Origin: Macrostomum lignano | Lineage: Eukaryota | Length of the DNA stretch: 64,000 nucleotides | Direction: 5' to 3' | NCBI GenBank assembly: GCA_002269645.1 | Contig: NIVC01000659.1 | Span: forward strand, 1 to 64,000 | Part shown: piece after piece, positions 37,401 through 48,921 of the stretch | How the letters are laid out: each line of letters opens with the position of its first letter | How positions within the stretch are numbered: position 1 is the first letter of the stretch | Program-made: the position numbers and the translations under genes | The notes under the pieces: generated by a model | The model's input: only the letters and a program-made list of their open reading frames with translations | Databases searched by the model: none | Told to the model about the DNA's origin: nothing

Positions 37401-40212
37401 CATCACCCTCTGACCGCCGCGCAGCTTTGCGAGCTTCGTCACCGTGAAGCCGCCCATCTCGACGGATCTGCGGCAGTAATGCGGGTAGCCATCCTCCTCC
37501 ACCTTCGTGGCGGCCAGGAACTCCCTCGGGTAGCGCTTGCTGCACCTGCCTTTCTCCATGCACGCCGCGGCAGAGTTGAGCTGCTGCCCACAGGGACCAT
37601 GCAGCATGTTCTCCGCCACCAGCTGATGCAGGTCGGCGTCGGCGACAGGGTCCGGGATCTCCGCGCTGATGACGGCGTCGTACTGATCCGGCTTCAGCTT
37701 GTTCGCCAGCCACAGCAGCGCGTGCACGTGGGGAAGACCTGGATGTGGATAAAATTTAATTTTATTAAAATTTACGAAATTATGGAGGCGACAGTTAATG
37801 CAACACTTAAATGTTAAAATTTTCAAAAGTTCACACAAATTTCACACTTGCCTCGCTTCTGGTACTCCAGCGAGCAGACTCGAGCCAGAGTATCTCCAAA
37901 CAGACTCTTCAGCCTGTTTAGGAAGGCCTTCTTTTTCAGCTCGAACACCCGGGCGGTAATGTCCGGCCGATCGACGGCAGTCTGCCCTGGAAGCAGCTCG
38001 GCCAGAATTTCCGGCCACTTCGGGTTGCATGTCATCGTCAGAAACAGGTCTGGGCGGCCAAAGGCGTGAACATACGCCATGGCATCCTGCTGACGCTCCA
38101 GACGGTACCGTGGACCTCCCACGTAGCTGGAAGTAAGAATGACACGCTTCCCGACTTCCTCCGGCCTGCCGTCGTCCTCGTGCAGCGCGTCTCGGAGACC
38201 CCGAAGACTTTCCGACACCAGATCCGTTTGGTGCTGCCGGATGTACGTAAGTCGCTCGGACTCGATCTTGGCAGCCTGGTCCACCAGGTACTGCTGGAAG
38301 AGCCGGCGACCGTACAGCAGGCTGTTAAACTGGCCTGGTCGCACCTGGATCAAGTAGGCGTAGTATTTCATCATGGTGATGCCTCGATCCTTCTTGAGCC
38401 CAATGTGCCAGCCGTCCTCGCCGTACGGAAGCAGCAGCACATACTCCAACGGATCGTAGGAGCGATGGGTCTCAGAGATCTCCTGGAGGCCTGTGGATAC
38501 AGTTGGGTGTTTTAATGTACACCTGAAAAGCCTGAATAGTGTTTTATTATCTAACTTTACAGTGCAACCCAAATTTTAAGTCTTATAACGCGCTTAAAGT
38601 ACTTACCACCACCTCTCAGACGCAAAACCACGCTCCGCCATTGCGCCTGAACTACGCCATCAGTATCGCCAAGGTCCGTCAGGATGCCGACCTCACTGCA
38701 CTCGGGCAAGTTGAAGCGTCGGACATGCTCCCCAGATGGGCGGGCATCGGGGTTGATCACGACCCTGGCGCTCTGCAGCTGCGGGTCGCTGCGCAGCAAG
38801 TCGACTGCGGACTTCAGGCTGCGCACGTAGCTGTTGCAGTCATGCAGAACAGCTTGCAGCTCCCGCAGCAAAGTGTCGTTCAGACCAGCCGTCCATTGCA
38901 GTCTGTTCTGCAGCTCTTGGTCCACAAAGAAGACCTGGCAGAACCTGGCCGCATCCCCCAGGTCCGGCAACAGGCTGCCGATCCGATGGTGCATCTGACC
39001 ATGGAGGATGAAGCTGGGGTTCCACCCGGGCTGCTCACGCTGCCTGGAACCAAGCGAGGTCATGTGGAGCGCGCCGTTGTACTTCCTGATGTCCTTCAGG
39101 AACTGTGAGCTGAACGGATGCTCGCCAGTCAGCAGCCGCTTCAGAACATCAGGCGGGTCTCGGCGCTGCTCCAGGACGGTCTGTCAGTGGAATGAAAAAA
39201 AAACTGAAGTAGCTTTTATGCGGAGACGGGCTACAGCAAATCATGCAACTGTCGATGACTCCATAGGTGGTCAGAGGCTTGATACAGTACAGAGGCATAA
39301 ATGAGGCAGCAATTCAAGTAAACTAAAACAATAAATATCAACTCACCTTTCCAGCATGGCAGCAAATGCTAGCTGGCTCGTCCTTCCAGCGTAGCCCGCT
39401 GCAGTGCGGACATTGGTGGTCCATGCGACCGAGCACATGTGGCTGGTGTGCCAGCTCCAGCAGTCTGTGGCAAAAAAGAAAGAGCATGAAAGACATGACT
39501 TGAAAATCCAGTTCTACATGCTGAAAGTTTAAAAAAACTCTTGAAGAATGAGCAGCCACACATAAGAATAGCAGAATGAAATATCAGAACCCTACCTGTC
39601 TCGGCGCCACTCTGCCTGTGCGTGTACACGACGGTCGTGGTCGTCAGCGGACTCAGCATCGCGATGCTGACTCTGGCGCTGCCGCTGCGCCTCCAGGCGA
39701 AGCTGATGGAGCGCCTCGTCCTCAGCTACACGGCTTTCGGCTGTGCGCTGCCGCTGCACCTCCAGCCGATGCTGACGGACCGCCTGGTCTTCGGCTTCAC
39801 GGCAATCGGCTGTGCGCTGCCGCTGCGCCTCCAGCCGATGCTGACGGACCGCCTGGTCTTCGGCTTCACGGCAATCGGCTGTGCGCTGCCGCTGCGCCTC
39901 CAGCCGATGCTGACGGACCGCCTGGTCTTCGGCTTCACGGCATTCGGCAGCACGCAACCGGTCGTGGTCCAGACGATGCTGGCCTTCCACCTCGCCTTCA
40001 GACTTACGACTTTCGGCTGTGTGAAGACGACTGGCCTCAAGACGATTTTGGTGCTGCATTTCGCTCTCAGCCTCGCGGCTCTCGGCCCTATGCTGCCGTT
40101 CCCGCTCAACGCGCGCTGCACGCTCATCGGGTGCCTCAGACGCCCTACGCTTCTTGGCATCTGATGCAGCGCGTGTAGACCGGGACAGGCTTCCTTTACC
40201 ACGTTTCGGCAT
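34464..40212 (-). CDS. Helitron RepHel (HUH replication initiator + PIF1-family helicase), 9 exons, ~1616 aa
   Basis: Exons: 40212-39596, 39464-39347, 39180-38607, 38490-37852, 37738-36900, 36812-36210, 36124-35823, 35711-35324, 35234-34464 (4851 nt, all phases compatible). Motifs: CPHC..CC, IRKYNGALHMTS, HGQMHHRIGSLLP, GRPDLFLTMTCNPKW, EYQKRGLPHVH, HGPC, KYVVKYITKG, DAPGGTGKT, SSGIAA, TAHSMFKIP, DEAPM, GDFRQ, CNGTRL, QFPIRPCFAMTIHKSQGQS, HGQLYVALSR. Confidence 0.95.
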
Positions 40213-41846
40213 TTTATTAAATAAGAAAATGGCGAGTAGCAAAAAATAAGTAAAATTAGGCAAACGGTATATGGAAAGAATTCGGAGAGTTCTATTATGA
40301 TATAGAAGGAAATGAAACTGAATTGAAAATTCGCATCATTAAGTAAGGGCCCAGTGTACAATCTTTTATCCATAAAAAGCATTAAAATAATGTGCACGCA
40401 GCTGATGAGCTGCCAAGCCAATGCAAGGGACTGACTGATTAAAATCGCCGATAAAAAACCTACTGAAATTTGTCACCCAACCCCCCCCCCCCAATACACT
40501 CAACTGATAGCTGGCTTAAATGTGCGAACGCAGCCCCCCAACTTTATCTATGCTGGTGTAATCGATTTCTCAGTCAGTCGGTATGAGTCTCAGTTAAAGT
40601 TTACAAAAATATTGCGCAATCTAAATCAACCCTCCAATACACAGCGACCGACCCCCACACAGTGTGCAGTTAGAAATTGAACCCCCTCCCCACTGTTGGG
40701 GGGTCGGTCGAACCCCCATTCAACCCCAGAATGAGTACAATCTTTGCAGAAAGTTAAAAGTATGGGATTTGTTTTTCAATCGCTGTGTTTTTTCTTTTCG
40801 CATTTAAAACAAACAACTTAATCCCCGAAATCAGGATTGCAAGATCTTTCCAGCAGTAAAAGTCTCTTCTCTCAAAGCTCAAAACTCGAGGAACAGTTTG
40901 CGTTTGAAATATCCCGTTTTAAAGCATTTGAAGTATTGAGTGTACGTTCACTGTCTGCTAAATAGGCTCGCAAGTTTATTCATTCATTTCACTGCGCGGC
41001 TATTACACAGGGCAGCCTATTGAAAGGCAGAGATAATAAAACAAATTGATGGCGCAATCCATTTCTCAGTCAGTCAGTAAGAGTCTCAGTTAAAATGATC
41101 GCGCAATCCAATTCAACCCTCCAATACGCAGCGACCGACCCCCCAATAGTGCACAGTGTGTAGTTAGAAATTCAACCCCCAACTTTATCTGTTACGTCTC
41201 ACAAAAATGAGCACAATCTTTAAAAAAAGTTAAAAGTATGAAAATCTTTTTTTAATGCTGTGCTTTTAGTTTTCATATATTTCAACTTTTCAAGCAAAAA
41301 AACTTATATCGCCGAACTCAGCGTTGCAAGACGCTGATATAAAGTCTCTCCTCTCAAAGTTTAAAATCCAAGCAACAATTAACGTTTTGATTTTCCTGAT
41401 TTAGAGCAATAAAGTTTTCAGTGTACATTTACTGCCTGCAACAGAGGGAGGCTCGCAAGTTTATGCATTGAATTTCACTGTCCGCCAGTGAGCCAGGGTG
41501 CAAAGTGTACACACGCAGCCACTGAGAACGCGACCATCCCCCCACTGGAGAGAAAATACACTGGCGACATAGGAAAAAGTTGTGGCGTAATCACTCAAAA
41601 TTTATGCATTTTTTCAGCTCCGAGCAGAAAAAGTGTCCAGAGAAGGTTAGGAAATCAGATTTCTGCTTTTTTAGGGATCTTAAAATTAAAAAATGAAAGA
41701 TTAAAACAGCCTAAAGCCGATTCCGGAAAATTTGCAGTATTCCCATATAAGTTTCAACGCTGAGTTGCACGTAGTCTAGGAGGAGATATCCTACAAACAA
41801 ACAGACAAACAAACAAACAAACAACGCACCAACTTTAGTATTAAGA

Positions 41847-44800
41847 CGAGGCCAACTCCTCCTTCGGAGAAGAAAGGGGAAGAACTCCAATCAGCGGAAT
41901 TCCATTCCCTGAACTCCATCAGCGGAATCCCATTTTCCAACACCTCTCCGCGCAACAGAAATCGTCTCCGTGAAACTGAACACTATCGAAATCCTCTCCG
42001 TGAAACTGAACACCATCGAAATATTCTCCGCGAAATAGAAATCCTCTCCGTGAAACTGGACTAAATCGAAATTTCTCCGTCAAACAGCCCAGCTCTCAGA
42101 ATTCATTGGTTAGGGTTAGGGTTAGGGTTAGAGCTACACACAGCTGCGTGTTGAAAGGCGCCGTAAAAACATTGAACCAATTAAATTGCGCAACTTATTT
42201 CTCAGGCAGTCAGTATCAGCGTCGGTTAAAGTTAACAAAAAGATTGCGCAATCTAAATCAGCCCTCCAATACACAGCAACCGACCCCCTTCCAATACGCA
42301 GTGCAGCTAGAAATTGAACCCCCCCTACTAACTATTGGGGGGGGGGGGTCGGTCGAACCCCCATTGAACTCCAAAATGAGCAAAATCTTTGCAGAAAGCT
42401 AAAAGTATGAAAATCTTTTCTTGAATGCTGTGAATTTAATTTTCATATTTAAAGCAAAAAACTTATATCCCCGAACTCATCGCAGCAAGATCTTTCCAGC
42501 AATATAAGTCTCTCCTCTCTAAGTTCAAAACTCGAGCAACAGTTAGTGTTTGAAACTTTCTGATTTTAAGCATTGAAATATCGAGTGTACGTTCACTGCC
42601 TGCTAAAGATGCTCGCAAGTTTATGCGTAAAAATGCACTGAATTTCACTGTGCAAAAAATACACAGGGCTGCCTGTTAAAAAACAGAACACAAATAGTTG
42701 CGCAATTGTCTATAAAGTCAGCCAGTGAGCCAGGGTCCGATTGTACACACGCCGCCAATGAGAACGCGCCCATTCCCCCACAGGAGAGAAAACGCACTGG
42801 CGACATAGGAAAAAGTTGTGGCGTAATCACTCAAAATTTATGCCAATTTTCAGCTCCGAGCAGAAAGAGGGGACAAATAAGATTATCAAAGGTCAGAATT
42901 GCTGCTTTCTGCTTTTTTAGGGATCTTAAAATTTAAAAATGAAAGATTAAAATAGCCTAAAGCCATCCTCGGAAAATTTGCAGTTTTCCCATATAAGTTT
43001 CAACGCTGAGTTGCAAGTATTCTAGGAGGAGTTATCGAACTGACATACATACAGACAAACAACGCACCACTTTTAGTATTAAGACGAGTGGAACTCCTCC
43101 TTCGGAGGAGAAAGGGGAAGAACTCCCATCACCGGAATTCCATTCCCTGAAATCCATCAGCTGAAACTCCACTTGAATCCCATCTTCCAAATCGTCTCCA
43201 AATTCTTTACAAAATCTTTGAAAGACCATAGCTCAAAGACTCTCACGTCTCTCATATCTCCTCTCTCTTCTATTCGCTATTATCGTGACTCTCTTCTCTC
43301 TCCTCTCTCTCATCTCATCTCTACCCGTACTCCCTTATTTATGTTTTATCCCTCGTCTTTCGTCTGTACCCTCTCCTGTCTCTTGTCTCCTCTCTTCTCT
43401 CATATCTCTCCTCTTCACTTCTGTCTCCTGTCTTCTCTCTTCTCTCTTATCTCTCCCTCTTCTCTCCTCTTTTATATGTCATCCCTATTCACTTATCTAT
43501 CGTCTCTCTTAACCCTCTCTCTCTTCTCTTTTCTTTCCACTCTGCTCTCATTTCTCATATCTCATATACGCTCTCACACTCCACTTACTTGTCTCCAATC
43601 TTTCTTTCCTCCTTTCCACTTTTCCCTGTCTCTTCTCTTCTCTCTTTTCTATCCTCTCCATTCTCTCTTTTCTCCTCCCCTTGCTCCTTTTATCTTCTCC
43701 CCTCTCTTCTCTAATCTCTTCTCTCTTCTCTCTTATGTTCTCACTCATCTCTTTTTATCGCATCTCTCATCTCTCCTCTCCTCACTACTTTCCTCTCTTA
43801 ACTCTCTTATCTATTTCATCTCTCTCCTCTCTCCTCTTTCTCTTCTCCTCTCGCTTCTTCTCTCGCTTCTCTCTCCTATCTCTCCTCTCATCTCTACTAC
43901 CGTATTTATATCTTCTAACTGGTCCTTCGTCTCTACTCTCTCCTTTCTCCTTTCTCCCCTCTTTTCTCCTTTCTTGTCTCTCCTGTCTCCCCTCCTCTCT
44001 CATCCCTCATCCCCTCATCTCACTCTTTCTTTCTCCTCTACTCTCCCCTCTCTTCTATTTTCTCTGTACGCTCTTATCCCTAATCTATTTTCTCTCCTCT
44101 CTCCTCTTTTCTACTCTCTCCCTCTTCGTTCCCGCCTAAATCCCCTCTTCTCTCCAATCTGTCATGTCTAATATCTCCACTTATTTCTACTCTGTTTTCT
44201 ATCATCTCATCTCTCTTCTGCTTTCATTCTTCTCTTTACTCTTTTCTCTGACTGATTGAAGATGCCAAATCCATCAAGATCCTCTCCGCGAAGCAGAAAT
44301 CCTGTCCGTGCAACTGAAAACCATCGAAATTCTCTCTTTTAAACTGGACTCAATCGAAATTTTCTCCGTCAAAAAAAATAAATATCAGGATTCATTGGTT
44401 AGGGTTATTGTTAGGGTTAGGGTTAGGGTTAAAGCTACACAGCTGCGTGTTCAAATAAAAATTGAACCAATTGAATCAATTGATTGCGCAACCGATTTCT
44501 CAGTCAGTCAGTATCAGTCTCAGTTAAAGTTAACAAAAAGATTGCGCAATCTAAATCAACCCTCCAGTACACAGAGACCGACCTCTTTTCAATACGCAGT
44601 AGCAGTTAGAAATTGAACGCCGAACTGTTGGGGGCATTGAACCAAAAAATGAGTACAATCTTTGCATAAAGCTAAAAGTATGGAAATAGTTTTTTTGATG
44701 CTGCTCTTTTAGTCTTTACATTTATAGCAAACAATTTATATCCTCGAACTCAGCGTTGCAAGATCTTTTCAGCAGTATAAGTATCTTCTCTTAAAGTTTA

Positions 44801-45804
44801 GAACTCGAAGAGCAGTTAGCGTTTGAAAGTTCCCGTTTTAAGGCATTGAAATATCGCGTGTACGTTCACTGCCTTCCAAAGAGGCTCGCAAATTTATTCA
44901 TTCATTACACAGGCTGGCTATTACACAGGGCAGCCTATTGAAAGGCACAGATAATAAAACAAATTGATGGCGCAACCGATTTCACAGTCAGTCAGTATCA
45001 GTCTCAGTTAAAGTTAAGAAAAACATTGCGCAATCTAAATCAACCCTCCAATACACAGCGCCCGACCGCCTTCCACTACGCAGTGGCAATTAGCAATTGA
45101 ACCCCCCAAATTTATCTCTGACCTATCGCAAAAATAAGTACAATCTTTGCAGCAAGTTAAAAGTAAAAGTAATAAAATCGTTTTTTGAATGCTGTGCTTT
45201 TAATTTTTACAGTTAAAGCAAACAACTTATATCCCTGAACTCAGCGTTGCAAGATCTTTCCAGCAATATAAGTCTCTCCTCTCAAAGTTCAAAAATCGAG
45301 CAACAGTTAGCATTTGAAACTTTCTGATTTAAAGCATTGAAATATCGAGTGTACGTTCACTGCCTGCTAGAGAGGCTCGCAAATTGATGCATTGAATTTC
45401 ACTGTCCGCCAGTTAGCTAGGGTCCAAGTGTACACACGCCGCCACTGAGAACGCTCCTATCCCCCACTGGAGAGAAAAAACACTGCCAAGTTAGCAAAAT
45501 TTTATGGCGCAATCACTTAAAATTCATGCAGATTTTCAGCTCCAAGCAGAAAGAGGGGACAATTAAGATTATCAAAGGTCAAGACCGCCGTTTTCTGCTT
45601 TTTTGAGGATCTTAGAAATTAAAATTTCAGAATTAAAATAGCCTATAGCCGACCTCGGATAATTTCCAATCTTCCCATATAAGTTTCAACGCTGAGTTGG
45701 CACTATTCAAGGAGGAGTTGTCGAAATGACAGACAGACATACAGACAGACATACAGACAGACATACAGACAGACAAACAACGCGTCAACTTTAGTATATA
45801 TAGA
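41847..45804 (-). mobile_element. Further tandem non-autonomous Helitron units (1238 bp and 2720 bp)
   Basis: Junctions at 41847 and 43085; 5' terminus A|TCTATATATACTAAAG at 45804. Near-identical to units in 26012-30940. Confidence 0.85.
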
Positions 45805-46304
45805 TAGAGAGAGAAGATTGCTCTCTCTCTAGAGCGTTATGGACAAACATACAAACAAACAAACAAATATTAGAGATTTAGTATATTTAGACAAGCAAGC
45901 AAGCAAGCAAGCATACAAACCTTAGAGATTTAGTATATTTAGATAAATTTTAACCGTCTGCTTTCCAGACAATTTTGAATCTTTTGGCGAAAACACGATC
46001 AAAATCGGTGAAGAATTGCAGTCTCTAGAGCGTTATGGACATTCAAGCATACAAACCTTAGAGATTTAGTATATTTAGATTAGATAGATAGAAGATTTTG
46101 AATCTTTTGGCGAAAACGCGATCAAAATCGGTGAAGAATTGCAATCTCTAGAGCGTTATGGACAAACATACAAACCTTAGAGATTTAGTATATTTAGATT
46201 TTGCATCTTTTGGCGAAAACGCGATGAAAATCGGTGAAGAATTGCTCACTCTAGAGCGTTATGGACAAACATACAAACCTTAGAGATTTAGTATATTTAG
46301 AAGA
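45805..46304 (-). mobile_element. Stack of five short Helitron 5'-end units (TCTAAATATACTAAATCTCTAA...)
   Basis: Repeated 5'-end motif with TC at 45891, 45943, 46079, 46198 and 46301, each followed by (TTTG/TATG)n-type runs. Confidence 0.7.
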
Positions 46305-47148
46305 TAGACTAGATAGGCCACTCAGCACATTTGCGTGTAAGCTACTTTCAGTTTAGTAGTAAGTTTAACTGAAGCATTTTAAATTTTAATGTATTTTTAA
46401 AGCCAAGGCTCAACCGCGCCTTTCTACACTATCCCTCCACAGTCCACCCCAAATTTTATTGCCTTTCTTGTAATACCAGGCTCCAGCCCAAAGCTGCCAT
46501 GTACATTTCAGTGCCAATGTACATTATGACTGAACCAATTAGCAAGTTGTTTGTGCCTGCATTCCTGCAAGCTAAACTTATCAAAGTCATCTCAGCTGCT
46601 TTAATTTTTATAGCTCGTAAAATAGCTTCTAGTTTATCTAAAATAGCCCAACTAGTTATTCTAGTATCTGTGTAATCGATTTTCAGTTTAATCAAAATTT
46701 GTTTATCCTTAGTAGTCTACTGAAAGTAGCGGTATAGTGAATTAGCTTTAAAATTTGCTTCAAGCGCAAGCCCATCAACAGTCATTTTTACGCTTTCCCG
46801 ATCGGCCAATGTATTTATTAGCAACGAAAGAAGAATAGTTCCAGTGGTATGTCCGTTGCTTTGTTACTAGGGGGGGGGGTGATCAGTGATTTCAGTGATC
46901 TGATCACACAGGGTCCGAGAATAAACTTAAGTAATCGATTTTTTCTCTTTTGTATTTTTCAATACTCCATTTTTAATCCCCGTATAATTTTTATACTGCA
47001 GCATTGCTTCCTTAGACAACGGCTTTTGCTTTCAAGAATATTTTACGTTTTAAATAGCTGCTAGAAGAATGCGATGGGAAAATACTGTTTGAGACAGTTC
47101 GAGCTTCTCAGAAGTGAAGCAGCTGTGAGTTTTCCCCTTTAATCGCAG

Positions 47149-47576
47149 TCACCCGCATCGGAGAAGAAATACAGAGAGTCAACGGCAATGACCTGCTTCC
47201 AGAAGATAACTCGCTGTTCAAATCTAATAGCCCAAGTGGTTCCAAAGACGAAGACTGCCTGAGACTGACAAACAACAGGGAGATGGCGGATAAAGCCTGC
47301 GACACTCGCCTCGGATTTGTATGCGAGTTTGCGAGTCAGAAAGTCCCAAACTCGACTGCCGGCACATGGAAGGTTGCCAATATTAAGCAAGAGCTGTACA
47401 AATCCAACTACTGCTTCAGCGATGTGCCAAAATGTGAGCAGCGCTATGAGGTGCACTGCAGCCGGCATGCGTACAACAGCAAGCTGAGAGCCTGCCGCCT
47501 GCTGCTGTTCACCGACGCTCAGGTGGAGGCGGAGATCGAGACGAGCGCCGACTGGGTCAAGTTCAGCGTGCACTGA
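47149..47576 (+). pseudogene. 5'-truncated C-type lectin/PAN-like paralog with internal compensating frameshifts
   Basis: QRVNGNDLLPEDNSLF...EDCL...ACDTRLGFVCEF...YNSKLRACRLLLFTDAQVEAEIETSADWVKFSVH aligns to the 51394-52146 protein. The segment VSSAMRCTAAGMR, homologous to VKNAMQCVAAGMR, lies in a shifted frame. Confidence 0.75.
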
Positions 47577-48921
47577 AAATTGAATTTTTATTTTGGCGTT
47601 TGACAACAATCAACATTTAGGTTGCTAAAGGTATAACAGAAGTAACAAAACAAGAAGCCTGACTTTTATGTATAAAAATGTCCGTAAACGTTAGAAAGAT
47701 GCATGTTTACGAATTGAGGCGCAACCAAAGAGAAACTGTATCAGGGATAAAGAATTGTGTCCCTTTCAATTTAACCTTCACTAACAAGGCTTGTTGATAG
47801 TTAGTCAATTCTGAACAAATGGGATGTCACTGTTAGTGTCAAATGCTCGTACATGTAAAAGTATAGAGAAGGCCTTTTTCAATATCATTGTTTTTTCTCA
47901 ATCTAAAAGAAAGTCTGTCCCAAATCCTATTGAAACCTTTCCGAAGAGCTATTATTTTTATGTACAAACACTGATGCTTGATGAGGAGTGAGGACGCACC
48001 TGAGGTCTCATCTCATTCTCTCTTGTACTCTTAGTAGGCTGGCTGAAGGATTATCTTAATTGTTTATTATATAGTAGCTTTGCTTAACTATTTTTTGTAA
48101 GTCGTAAATGAGCGTATTGCACTTTGTTTCTTTAGACTTGCTTCTAGCTCGTATAGAGGCTTCTCCCATTTAAAAAAGTTTTTGTGGTTTACGATCTGGC
48201 TGTTGCGAGGGCTTTCCCAAAGTAGTGTTACTTTTCTTTATATCTCTCGTTCTGATGATCCAAATAACATATAGTTTCGCACATTTTAGCGGCAATTCTC
48301 TTCTCCATATTATAATGTGAGCATCTTTCGTATTTTTGACATGCTCATTACTGTTTTTATCCTCCATTTTTATTATTTATGAACGCACACCTGTCAATTT
48401 CAAGTTTCTTAGGGGGTTAAAACATCGAACGAGCCATCTTGACGTAGCAGCAGCACCCTGTGATTGACTGGCTGACAGGGCTTCTTGACCTTCTCTATCG
48501 CGGATGCACCTGTTGTCTGATCCCTTGTTTAGTAGCTAAATTAGGCACTTCTGCTTTCAAGTGCTGAACTCAGAAGGTTAAATAATAAAGTGGAAATAAA
48601 CTACAATAATATTCCTCCTATCTTTGACATGTTGCACGCTCTACCAGCCGTCCCTTTTTGCAGACTTTGTTGAAATGTGTACGTGTACGAGTAGTTCGCT
48701 TGATGTTAAGTGTTGTAGAAACATCCAAATGAACTAATCACAAAAATATCATAGAAAATAAGCAGGCGCTGTTACTGTACGATGGAAAAAAACTGGAAAA
48801 AGGAAATATGTCAATACGACTACTGCCAGTAGCAATGCTGCTTGTCATTCCACAGAGCGAACTGTCAGCGTCGGCAGGAGCTTGGCGCAGTCAAAGAGGC
48901 TGTCCAGCCAGTCCAGGGACC

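Larger units (their letters stand above)
30941..41846 (-). mobile_element. Autonomous Helitron, ~10.9 kb
   Basis: 5' TCTTAATACTAAAG at 41846. 3' perfect hairpin CTCCTCC-GAA-GGAGGAG (30966-30950) followed by TTGGC-CTCG ending at 30941. Contains a complete RepHel gene on the same strand. Confidence 0.88.
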
